Positions 28,424-36,651 of a DNA stretch of 64,000 bases are shown one piece after another (position 1 is the first letter of the stretch; every line of letters starts with the position of its first letter). The position numbers were made by a program, and so were the translations under genes. Source of the stretch: a virus (lineage: Duplodnaviria > Caudoviricetes); the IMG/VR virus record IMGVR_UViG_3300011559_000001, positions 192,001-256,000 of that record, one strand, 5' to 3'. The notes beneath the pieces were generated by a model, which saw nothing but the letters and a program-made list of their open reading frames with translations, was not told the origin of the DNA and made no database searches.

Positions 28424-28754
28424 CACGCTGGAGCCGGTGGGTGTTGACTACGCCGACCTGCTCCAACTGACCTTTGACAACTGGCGCCTGATCGATGGGG
28501 CCAGTACCGAAGAACTGCAAGCGATGGTGGAAGGCTACATCAACTCCACTTGGATTTGCCGACGCATGCATGACTACGGTCACATGCAGGAAGTTGCTTC
28601 GGCCATGGCCAGTGCGGTTCAGACGTTCCACGAAGGCTTGCAAAGCCAGCTTGCCCCGTTGCTGGAAAACACCGACTTTGGGTTGGACATCACCGTGCGC
28701 TTGTCGCGCATGATGCACAATGACATTGTCGTCCGCCTGGAGAACACCCTTTAA
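28368..28754 (+). CDS. Hypothetical protein
   Basis: GAGGA RBS, GTG start. Confidence 0.7.
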   Translation: MYLILSPQVKPKDLSERADTLEPVGVDYADLLQLTFDNWRLIDGASTEELQAMVEGYINSTWICRRMHDYGHMQEVASAMASAVQTFHEGLQSQLAPLLENTDFGLDITVRLSRMMHNDIVVRLENTL

Positions 28755-29365
28755 TGGATACCACCATGGATCGTCGTACGTGGTTCACCATGGTCATGCC
28801 GGGCCGTGAGCTGATCATGGACTTTGAGCCGACCGACAACCTGCTCAAGTCCTTGGGTACCTCGGTCAAAGAAGTGATCGAGATGTTCATCAATACCTGG
28901 GCCGAGTACAAGACTGTGGAATACCACGGCTGGTCCATGTATTCATCCGCTCCTCGTCTCTACGAGCACGACCGTGACCATCCGGCCGTGGTGGAGTTGC
29001 GCCTGCAAGCCCGATGGTTGGTCACTGACATCATCCTTGAAAACGCCTACAAGCGCGTGGAGAAGGGCGAGATCACCAAGATCCGCGACATCGATCTGAA
29101 GGACGCTGAGAAGGTCATGATGTCACTGTGGGCCACTGTGTCTGAGTACATCTTCGCCCTGCTCGATGAACTGCGCGTCACTGACGAACAGATCAGCCAC
29201 CTGCGCTTTGAACGTTGGCTCGGCGATGACTTCATCATCACCCTGCCCCGCATGAGCGGGATTTTTGACGTACGCCGCCAAGAGGAGATGAAACGTGTTG
29301 AGAACCTTCGGGCAGCGTCCCCGCTTTGTAACCACCACGGTCGTGGTTGGTCTGGATCTCACTGA
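28754..29365 (+). CDS. Hypothetical protein
   Basis: TAATG coupling; RFERWLGDDFII motif. Confidence 0.75.
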   Translation: MDTTMDRRTWFTMVMPGRELIMDFEPTDNLLKSLGTSVKEVIEMFINTWAEYKTVEYHGWSMYSSAPRLYEHDRDHPAVVELRLQARWLVTDIILENAYKRVEKGEITKIRDIDLKDAEKVMMSLWATVSEYIFALLDELRVTDEQISHLRFERWLGDDFIITLPRMSGIFDVRRQEEMKRVENLRAASPLCNHHGRGWSGSH

Positions 29366-29780
29366 GGGGCTGGACGAACATCCCCTCCGGTTGTTCCACC
29401 GGACCTATCCGATCTTGCTGGTGGGCAACTGCCTGTTTGATCTGATGGTCACCTCCAGCGCTGCGGAGTTCTCCGGCGCCGAACTGGCCCAGCACGTGGA
29501 AGAAAGCATCCATCGGATGACCGAGTGTCGACAGAGCCAGATCAACGTCAACGAGGAAGACGGATCAGTCCACGTCAACAACTACTCCCCGCGTTGGGCC
29601 GACGAACAGATCCCAGAGTTCCAGCGCTGGCCGATGCAGAACATCCTGGAAGTGATCTACGATCAGTTCTGCGGTACGATCTGGCCGTTGATCAAGGATG
29701 ACCACCACCTGCGCATGACGACTTCGCTGGTCAACATTCATTGTGACCGTGCCGAGTTCAACCTCTATCGACTCTCGTAA
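29295..29780 (+). CDS. Hypothetical protein (start uncertain)
   Basis: ORF fills the operon gap. Confidence 0.65.
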   Translation: MLRTFGQRPRFVTTTVVVGLDLTEGLDEHPLRLFHRTYPILLVGNCLFDLMVTSSAAEFSGAELAQHVEESIHRMTECRQSQINVNEEDGSVHVNNYSPRWADEQIPEFQRWPMQNILEVIYDQFCGTIWPLIKDDHHLRMTTSLVNIHCDRAEFNLYRLS

Positions 29781-29790
29781 GGACACCGTA

Positions 29791-30159
29791 ATGGCTCCCA
29801 AAGTTTTGGTGCTCGATGGCAAGGAGGCCGTCGAGCGTGCGTTCAATTTGATCAACGGTATGGTCGAGCGTCCCAACAACCTGGACACCTTCGGCCGGAC
29901 GATGGTGGATCTGATGGCGTTCCCTGACGCCAGCATCGATCAGATGGCCGACATTCTCCAACCGCTGGTGCAAGCCCACAGACTCGAGGGTGACGACCCC
30001 GGGTTTGACCAACGCATCATGTACGAGGCTGTGACCTACGCTGCTAAGAAGCTGCGTGCGGTCCTGCTGGAACAAGTACCTGACCTCACCCCTCAAGACT
30101 ATCGCTTCCAGCGGTGGTTGGGTCGAGATCTGGTGCTTGAGTTACGCGGTAGTCTATGA
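29791..30159 (+). CDS. Hypothetical protein
   Basis: AAGGA RBS; RFQRWLGRDLVL motif. Confidence 0.75.
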   Translation: MAPKVLVLDGKEAVERAFNLINGMVERPNNLDTFGRTMVDLMAFPDASIDQMADILQPLVQAHRLEGDDPGFDQRIMYEAVTYAAKKLRAVLLEQVPDLTPQDYRFQRWLGRDLVLELRGSL

Positions 30160-30186
30160 GACTTTCTTTTTTTGTAGGCACCGACA

Positions 30187-30594
30187 ATGTTGGATCAATC
30201 CAAGATCAAGCTGGAGAGCACGGTTTCCTTTGACCTGTATCCGGCTCATCAACTGCAAGCCAAGGTTACCAACGCCAAGGTGTTGGGTATCTTCACTGCA
30301 GCCACCGCGCAGTCGCTGGGCTTTGATGCCCCGGCCCTGCACGTCAACGTGTACCCCACCCTGCCCCCGGGCACGCCGAACAAGTTCGACCAGTACCTGT
30401 ACATCTACGTCAAGCTGGCCAACGGCGAGAAGACCTTCTATGGTCTGCCGTGGATCAAGGAGACCACCTTCAAGGAAGAGGTGATCCGCACCATCGCCAT
30501 CTACATCGATGCGATCTCCCCGGACCAGCAGAACCTGGCGGTCCAAGCCCTGTCGGCTATCGGCCTGACGGTGGCAAAAGTCGAGGTCCTGTAA
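30187..30594 (+). CDS. Conserved phiKZ-like small protein upstream of the DNA polymerase
   Basis: 135 aa; VSFDLYP, HVNVYPTLP and GLPWI segments; synteny. Confidence 0.7.
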   Translation: MLDQSKIKLESTVSFDLYPAHQLQAKVTNAKVLGIFTAATAQSLGFDAPALHVNVYPTLPPGTPNKFDQYLYIYVKLANGEKTFYGLPWIKETTFKEEVIRTIAIYIDAISPDQQNLAVQALSAIGLTVAKVEVL

Positions 30595-30600
30595 GGACCC

Positions 30601-30634
30601 CGTATTTTGTTACGGGTTTGCACCTATGTTGTAG
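30601..30634 (+). promoter_or_regulatory. Bipartite promoter-like motif CGTAwTTTGTTAC-N9-CCTATGTTGTAG, copy 1
   Basis: Near-identical copy with the same spacing at 34331-34364. Confidence 0.55.
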
Positions 30635-30858
30635 ACGACACAGGCGGGTGGCGTCTAAACTCCCCGGACTCTCGCCAATCATTGTTATGGTTCTCGATTT
30701 CCCAGACAATGAAAGGCATCACCTTGAGAGGATGGGATAGCGGTGCCAATTGGTGCCGCCACGACCAAATGCGCTCGCACGTTTTGGACTGACGTGCTTG
30801 ATGCGCTGGGAAGTGGGAGAGGGGGCCTCGGAAGAGGCCCCCTTCTTTTTATGCCGTC
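30628..30858 (+). ncRNA. Candidate structured ncRNA of about 220 nt
   Basis: Lies between the promoter-like motif and a terminator; multi-stem fold; no RBS-supported ORF. Confidence 0.45.
30817..30858 (+). terminator. Hairpin terminator
   Basis: AGGGGGCCTC-GGAA-GAGGCCCCCT-TCTTTTTATGCCGTC. Confidence 0.85.
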
Positions 30859-30917
30859 GATCTATTTTTCCTTTTTTACGTAGCCGCCGGAAGGTATGAA
30901 CGGTAGAAGGAAATCAG

Positions 30918-33119
30918 ATGGAACATTTCGTAAATGCCCCCGAATCCTACAAACGTAATGTGGACCTGCGCGCTACCTACGTGCAGGATGCGGCCACCTA
31001 CGTTTCAAAGATGCGAGGGATCTCGCTGGAAGAAGCTCGAGACTTCGTCCTGCGTACCATTGCACCCACCGGCGCCAAGCCGATGAAAGACCCCATGACG
31101 ATGGTTCTGGTCCGTCAGCCCAATGGCGACCGTGAACAAAAGCAGATGCACATGTCCGAGTTCCTCGGATCGGTGTACGAAAACCGCCAGATGCTTTCCC
31201 CCTCGATGACGGCCTATGTCCACCCGGACGTCGAGAAATCGCTGCTGGCCGTTTACATTGACAAGAACCTGGATCGTCGTAAAGCCGCCAAGGCTGAGAT
31301 GTTTGCAGCCAAGATGGCAGGCGATGACGCTGCGGCCAACATCGGCAACTCCAAGCAGACCACGTTCAAGATCAAGAACAACTCCCTGTCCGGTGCACAC
31401 AGCTCGCCGTACACGATCCTGTGGAACAAGTCCAGCCACTCCACGCTGACCTCGACTTGCCGTGTGGCCACCTCGTATGGCAACACCAACAACGAGAAGT
31501 TCCTCTACGGCAACCGGCACTACTGGTGCCCGGACATTGCCCGCAACAACATCATCTCCATCGTCAACCACACCGACCTGCCGCGCATGGAGCAGGTGAT
31601 GACCACCTTTGGTCTGGTGGCACCGACGGTAGAAGAGTGCATGGGCATCATGCACCGGTGCTGTGACAACTACTGGCGCGATGATGCTGAGATGGACAAC
31701 CTGCGTCAGCTGCTGAGTACGCTCAGCGACGTGGAACGTTCGGCCTTTGCCTACACCTCTGATCTGTATCACTTGGCTCAGTGTAACGATGCCTTCGTGC
31801 GCGAGTTCCTCAAGCGCCTGTCTCACCATCCGGCAGAACCGCAGTCGGTGGAGGAAGCCAAGGGTTGGATCAAACGGATGGACGGCAACTTGGAAGCGTT
31901 CGTGTTTATGCTCTGCTCCAAGGAACTGGCCGGTGGTACCCTGAAGGATGCTATGGGCGATAAGTCCAACATCCCGTTGCAGGAAGCCCGTCCGGAAGAC
32001 TACGGTCGCATTGGTGCGGCTGCCAAGAGCGTGATCGACACCCTGGATTACTACCGTGATTTCATCCGGTGCTTCTGGGTCAGTGACAACCTGCCGGCAT
32101 CGATCTTCCATGCCCCGGGTATCCTGCGTCGTTCGGCGGTGACCTCCGATACCGACTCGACCATCTTTACCGTTCAGCATTGGACGATCTGGTACCGCGG
32201 TCAGTTGGACTTCACCAAGGAGTCTGAGGACATCGCATCGACCACGGTGTATCTGGCCGGTCAGCTGATTCGCCACATTCTGGCCACCACCTCCGGTGCC
32301 ATGGGTGTTGCCACTCAGTACGTCAACAAGCTTTCGATGAAGAACGAATACTACTTCCCGGTATTCAGCCTGACCTCGCGAGCCAAGCACTACTATGCCT
32401 ACCGCGCCGCGCAGGAAGGTAACGTGCTCAAAGAGCTGGAGACGGAGATCAAGGGCGTGGCCCTGCGTAACTCCAACGTCCCGCCTGCAATCACCAAGAA
32501 AGCCCATGCGTTGATTCGCTATGTCATGGACAGCGTGATGGCCGGTCGCAAGCTCAACTCCAGTCAGGTGCTGCGTTATGTGGCCAAGGTGGAAGATGAC
32601 ATCCATCAAGGCGTGCTCAATGGCGATTACTCGCTGCTGGGTAAGATGCAGATCAAGTCGCCCGATGCCTACAAGAACCCTGAGAGCTCCCCATACGTCC
32701 ACTACGGGCTGTGGCAAGCGGTCTTTGCCGATACGTACGGTCCGGCGCCGAGCCCGCCCTACGTCGCTGTCAAGGTCCCTGTGGATCTGGAACGAAAGAC
32801 CGACGTGGCGGATTGGTTGAAGAATATGCCCGACCAAGCGATCGCTGATCGTCTGCGTACGTGGATGGAAGCCAACGGTAAGACCACGATGGCTGTGATG
32901 ATGCTCCCCGAGCAGGTGTTGGCATTGACGGGTATCCCCAAGGAAATCGTCTCTACCGTGAACATTCGACCGCTGGTGATCCAGACGGTGGAATCGTTCT
33001 ACCTGATCTTGGAATCGCTGGGCATCTTCATGAAGAACAAGGACCAGACCCGTCTGGTTTCTGATGAGAAGTGGTTGCTCGATCCTGAGTGGCCTTTGCC
33101 TGAACTTGAAATCGGCTAA
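30918..33119 (+). CDS. Split family-B DNA polymerase, catalytic part (phiKZ gp50-like)
   Basis: Motif B QTTFKIKNNSLSG, motif C TSDTDST, AKHYY and EIKGV; synteny with chmA. Confidence 0.85.
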   Translation: MEHFVNAPESYKRNVDLRATYVQDAATYVSKMRGISLEEARDFVLRTIAPTGAKPMKDPMTMVLVRQPNGDREQKQMHMSEFLGSVYENRQMLSPSMTAYVHPDVEKSLLAVYIDKNLDRRKAAKAEMFAAKMAGDDAAANIGNSKQTTFKIKNNSLSGAHSSPYTILWNKSSHSTLTSTCRVATSYGNTNNEKFLYGNRHYWCPDIARNNIISIVNHTDLPRMEQVMTTFGLVAPTVEECMGIMHRCCDNYWRDDAEMDNLRQLLSTLSDVERSAFAYTSDLYHLAQCNDAFVREFLKRLSHHPAEPQSVEEAKGWIKRMDGNLEAFVFMLCSKELAGGTLKDAMGDKSNIPLQEARPEDYGRIGAAAKSVIDTLDYYRDFIRCFWVSDNLPASIFHAPGILRRSAVTSDTDSTIFTVQHWTIWYRGQLDFTKESEDIASTTVYLAGQLIRHILATTSGAMGVATQYVNKLSMKNEYYFPVFSLTSRAKHYYAYRAAQEGNVLKELETEIKGVALRNSNVPPAITKKAHALIRYVMDSVMAGRKLNSSQVLRYVAKVEDDIHQGVLNGDYSLLGKMQIKSPDAYKNPESSPYVHYGLWQAVFADTYGPAPSPPYVAVKVPVDLERKTDVADWLKNMPDQAIADRLRTWMEANGKTTMAVMMLPEQVLALTGIPKEIVSTVNIRPLVIQTVESFYLILESLGIFMKNKDQTRLVSDEKWLLDPEWPLPELEIG

Positions 33120-33121
33120 GG

Positions 33122-33168
33122 GGCATAAGCCCCCACCCACGCTCCTTGACGGGGGCGTGGGTGGGGGC
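33122..33168. terminator. Hairpin between convergent genes
   Basis: GGCATAA-GCCCCCACCCACGCTCC...GGGGCGTGGGTGGGGGC. Confidence 0.8.
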
Positions 33169-33175
33169 GGCTGCT

Positions 33176-34261
33176 TCAAAGGTACGGCACGATGCCGTAG
33201 TCGATGAAAATGGAGACGTCCTCGTACAGGTCGGCGGGCATGGCCGAGCGCATCGTGGTGTTTCCATCCATGTACTGCAACCAGCGCTTGATGTAATTCA
33301 AGTACTTCTGGTTCAGGTGGTTGTTGGTGTTCCGGTTGAACTGCACCAGGAAAGTGATCAGCGCCAGACGGGCCATCATGACACCCCATTGCAGCTGGGT
33401 GTTGTAGGGCATCTCCGGCAGCTTAAGCACGTGGTGTAAATTCTCAGCGCAGACCGTAGGTATGTGAGACACCAACGTGTCAAAGTCCCAGCGCTTGGGG
33501 CCGGCTTGTTCGAGGAACTTGTCCAACACCTTATCCATCTCCGTCGACCAGTCGGTGAGGTGATAGGGATGGCGGAAGGACTCGGCAACCGGCTGTGTAC
33601 CGAAGAACCGGTTCATCAAGCGATTCAGGACGGCGATGTCGATTTGGCTGTCAAGCATGTTGGGCAGCGGGTAGGCCTGCAGGAACTGAGCAACGCCCCG
33701 CTCGGATTCATCCTGCTGGTTGTACGCCAGGCGCCACGCCCGGTACTGACTGGCCAACATGGGAACGTTGATCGTGATCACTGCCACACCCGGCTCAGAC
33801 GACGCGAACTGAGCATCGGCCACCGGCAGTCGCAAGGTACTCATCGGATGCCACAGATAGCGGATGGGCGCAAGCTCCTCCCAATTCGCTAGACCGGCTT
33901 CGACGTCCCACGTATCAGCCGTGGCAATGATGATTTCCGTGGACCCTTTACCCAGAAAGGGCCCCGGACGCCAGACTTGCCCCTTGGACAGGGCTGAGGT
34001 CAGACGTAGGCTCTGCGTAAACAACAGAGCAATGTCGGCCACCTTGTCATTGTAGATGATGGGATCCATCTTCTGCGACACAGGCACGCTGTAGAGCAAG
34101 CGCGTCAGCAAGTGACCGCCCGGAAGGTAGCGGGGGTTCATCCTCCGGTACCGCTTGATCTTTTCAATGGACAACTGCAGCCCATCACGGATCCTGCGGA
34201 AGTCGGGGAAGATCAGTCCCCCGCCGAAATGGTTGGGAGACTCGTTCAACAACTGATACAT
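33176..34261 (-). CDS. Conserved phiKZ-like protein (gp52-like position)
   Basis: 361 aa, GGAGGAG RBS, opposite strand between the polymerase and chmA. Confidence 0.65.
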   Translation of the reverse strand: MYQLLNESPNHFGGGLIFPDFRRIRDGLQLSIEKIKRYRRMNPRYLPGGHLLTRLLYSVPVSQKMDPIIYNDKVADIALLFTQSLRLTSALSKGQVWRPGPFLGKGSTEIIIATADTWDVEAGLANWEELAPIRYLWHPMSTLRLPVADAQFASSEPGVAVITINVPMLASQYRAWRLAYNQQDESERGVAQFLQAYPLPNMLDSQIDIAVLNRLMNRFFGTQPVAESFRHPYHLTDWSTEMDKVLDKFLEQAGPKRWDFDTLVSHIPTVCAENLHHVLKLPEMPYNTQLQWGVMMARLALITFLVQFNRNTNNHLNQKYLNYIKRWLQYMDGNTTMRSAMPADLYEDVSIFIDYGIVPYL

Positions 34262-34330
34262 GTCTCCTCCAACGGGGACGGTAAAGGGAGTTGGGAAAAG
34301 GCTATATAATTCCGGTCCGGAACCTGCTTA

Positions 34331-34364
34331 CGTAATTTGTTACTCCAGAAGCCCTATGTTGTAG
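34331..34364 (+). promoter_or_regulatory. Bipartite promoter-like motif, copy 2, upstream of chmA
   Basis: CGTAATTTGTTAC-N9-CCTATGTTGTAG. Confidence 0.55.
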
Positions 34365-34578
34365 GGAATACGCTCCCTAGACATCCAACCGCAACTGGGT
34401 GTCGAGAAAGCCGAGGTATATTGTCTCCTACCTCTAGTTTGGTGTGGATTCGAAAGTTTTTCACAACTAGACTATACCCTTGACAACAGTAACGAGCAAT
34501 CGGAACTGGTGTTCGCGCGAACTACCCATACCGCAACAATCCGCTAGCAATCGAAGATCCATAGAAGAGGAATACACC

Positions 34579-36525
34579 ATGTCCGTTACCCGCGGCAGCG
34601 ACAACAACAGCAACAACAAGAACACCTCGCAGAACGAAGGCGGCAGCCACACCTTCGGCACCTCGTTCAACCAGACCGGTGGTGCGCAGACCGCCGGCAA
34701 CGCGCAGGCCTCCGGCGCCAACGGTCGCGTGACCTCCAGCCGTGGTGGCCTGGGCAAGCTGCTGGGCATGCGTTCGGGCGTGGGCCGTCGTCGTCCGGCG
34801 GCTGAACTGCAGAAGATGCAGGAAGCCTTCGTCGAAGAGTTCAAGGCCTACGAAGGCAGCCCGGTCCTGCCGGAAGCGCAGCCGCACCGCCTGATCATGG
34901 CCGACCGCGGCCGTCTGAACAAGAAGGTCGACGCCCTGATCGTCGCCCTGCCGGTCCAGCACGAAGGCGGCATCCACATGGTCATCCACACCCTGCTGGT
35001 CGAAGACGCCAACGACGTCTACGAAGCCAACCAGTGGCAGGTGGGCGGCAAGCAGTACCGCATCAGCACCGTGGTCGGTGACGTCTACGACGCCGCCTTC
35101 GCTTCGACCATCGTCGAAGTGGTGCGCGAGCAGACCGGCGTGAACTTCACCTCGTACGACGCCGGTCACCAGACCCTGCCGGCCGAGATGAACATCCTGG
35201 ACAAGGAAGCCATCCACAAGATCGCCTTCTTCGTCGCCGAAGCCCTGCTGCGTACGGCGCTGTCGCAGGTCATCAAGACCACCGCCGACGTCATCTCCCT
35301 GTCCGACCTGGGCGAGAACATCCAGACCACCGCGGCCATCGACTTCCGCAACGTCCAGAGCCAGACCGCCGCCGGCCTGCCCCTGCTGGGCGAGTTCGAC
35401 GTCAAGCTGCGCTACAGCGAAGGCACCACCTCCGGCAACACCGGCGGCGCCAAGGCCTTCGACCTGGGCAACCAGATCCCGCTGGGCGGCGCTGAAGGCT
35501 TCATCGACCTGTCGTACTCCGAGCCGCCGGCAGCTGGTTTCGGCCAGCAGCCGATCACCCAGCAGTACTACGCCAAGGCCGTGCTGACCCGCCTGGACAC
35601 CGACCAGGACGTCATCACCCCGGAACTGCAGATGCTGGCGCTGCTCGGCGCGACCCTGGTCGGCCGCAACATGAACTGGGCCCGCACCTGGTCGCCGTCC
35701 TTCCGTGGCCTGAACGCCGACCTGAACGACATCGGCGCGATCGGCTACGAGATCCCGGCTCCGGACGGCAACCCGATGGGCCGCATCGACACCACCTCGG
35801 CGCAGTTCGACGACGCCGCGCTGGCACGCCTGGTGATGACCTTCGTCCACGCACAGCCGCTGGTGGCCATCGACGTGGAAGAAGCTGGTGAGCTGTCCTG
35901 GCTGAACCGTACGCTGCTGGACGCAGCGGCCGGCAACGCCGATGCCGAGCAGGCCATCGTGACCGCGATGAACAACCTGACCGCGGGCAACTTCAGCCAG
36001 ATCTGGAACGGTGGCGAGATCGTCATCGACGACCAGAACCGCATCCACCTGGGCTACTACCAGGCCGATGACGGCGTCAACAGCCGCGTGGACCTGCGCG
36101 ACCTGCGTTACCTGTCGGTGCTGAACCGCTACGCGGACGTCGACCCGTCGATGATCGTGAAGTGGCAGGCCACCTTCGACGACGTCGGCGTGGATGCTGA
36201 CGTGCGCCTGGCCGAACGTGAAGACCTGATCCGCAAGATCCTGGGCCCGACCGTTCGCATCACCGGCTACGCTCGCCGCCTGACCTTCACCCCGGACTTC
36301 CTGGACAAGGCGCTGGAAGCTGCCGGCCAGGCCGGTCTGCGCATCCGTCCGGAGAACACCCTGATCGGCTTCGGCCACACCGCGGTTCGCGGTCGCGCCA
36401 ACATGGCCGACCTGACCTTCGGTGGTGGCGGCGGTCGCGCCGTGTTCAACTCGGGCGCCGGCGCTGCCGGTGGTCGTAACCTGAACCGTCCGTTCACCGG
36501 TCGCGGCAACACCTGGGGCCGCTAA
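34579..36525 (+). CDS. chmA: Chimallin, major nuclear shell protein (phiKZ gp54-like)
   Basis: 648 aa with disordered N- and C-termini, strongest codon bias in the window, AAGAGGA RBS; position between DNA polymerase and nvRNAP beta' is the conserved chmA locus. Confidence 0.85.
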   Translation: MSVTRGSDNNSNNKNTSQNEGGSHTFGTSFNQTGGAQTAGNAQASGANGRVTSSRGGLGKLLGMRSGVGRRRPAAELQKMQEAFVEEFKAYEGSPVLPEAQPHRLIMADRGRLNKKVDALIVALPVQHEGGIHMVIHTLLVEDANDVYEANQWQVGGKQYRISTVVGDVYDAAFASTIVEVVREQTGVNFTSYDAGHQTLPAEMNILDKEAIHKIAFFVAEALLRTALSQVIKTTADVISLSDLGENIQTTAAIDFRNVQSQTAAGLPLLGEFDVKLRYSEGTTSGNTGGAKAFDLGNQIPLGGAEGFIDLSYSEPPAAGFGQQPITQQYYAKAVLTRLDTDQDVITPELQMLALLGATLVGRNMNWARTWSPSFRGLNADLNDIGAIGYEIPAPDGNPMGRIDTTSAQFDDAALARLVMTFVHAQPLVAIDVEEAGELSWLNRTLLDAAAGNADAEQAIVTAMNNLTAGNFSQIWNGGEIVIDDQNRIHLGYYQADDGVNSRVDLRDLRYLSVLNRYADVDPSMIVKWQATFDDVGVDADVRLAEREDLIRKILGPTVRITGYARRLTFTPDFLDKALEAAGQAGLRIRPENTLIGFGHTAVRGRANMADLTFGGGGGRAVFNSGAGAAGGRNLNRPFTGRGNTWGR

Positions 36526-36569
36526 GTCTACGACGTGAGTCGTTGACGAAGGTCAAATAGCAGTACGTG

Positions 36570-36610
36570 AGAAAGGCCGCCCTCCGGGGCGGCCTTTCTT
36601 TTTTGCCGTC
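36570..36610 (+). terminator. chmA terminator
   Basis: AGAAAGGCCGCCC-TCCG-GGGCGGCCTTTCT-TTTTTGCCGTC. Confidence 0.85.
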
Positions 36611-36651
36611 CACGTGTAAAAAGCAACTCAACGCATTAATAGAATGATCCG

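Noticed and set aside
30607-30792. 61-aa ORF in the gap upstream of the polymerase gene
   Set aside because: No RBS and atypical codon use; the RNA-structure explanation is favoured but not proven
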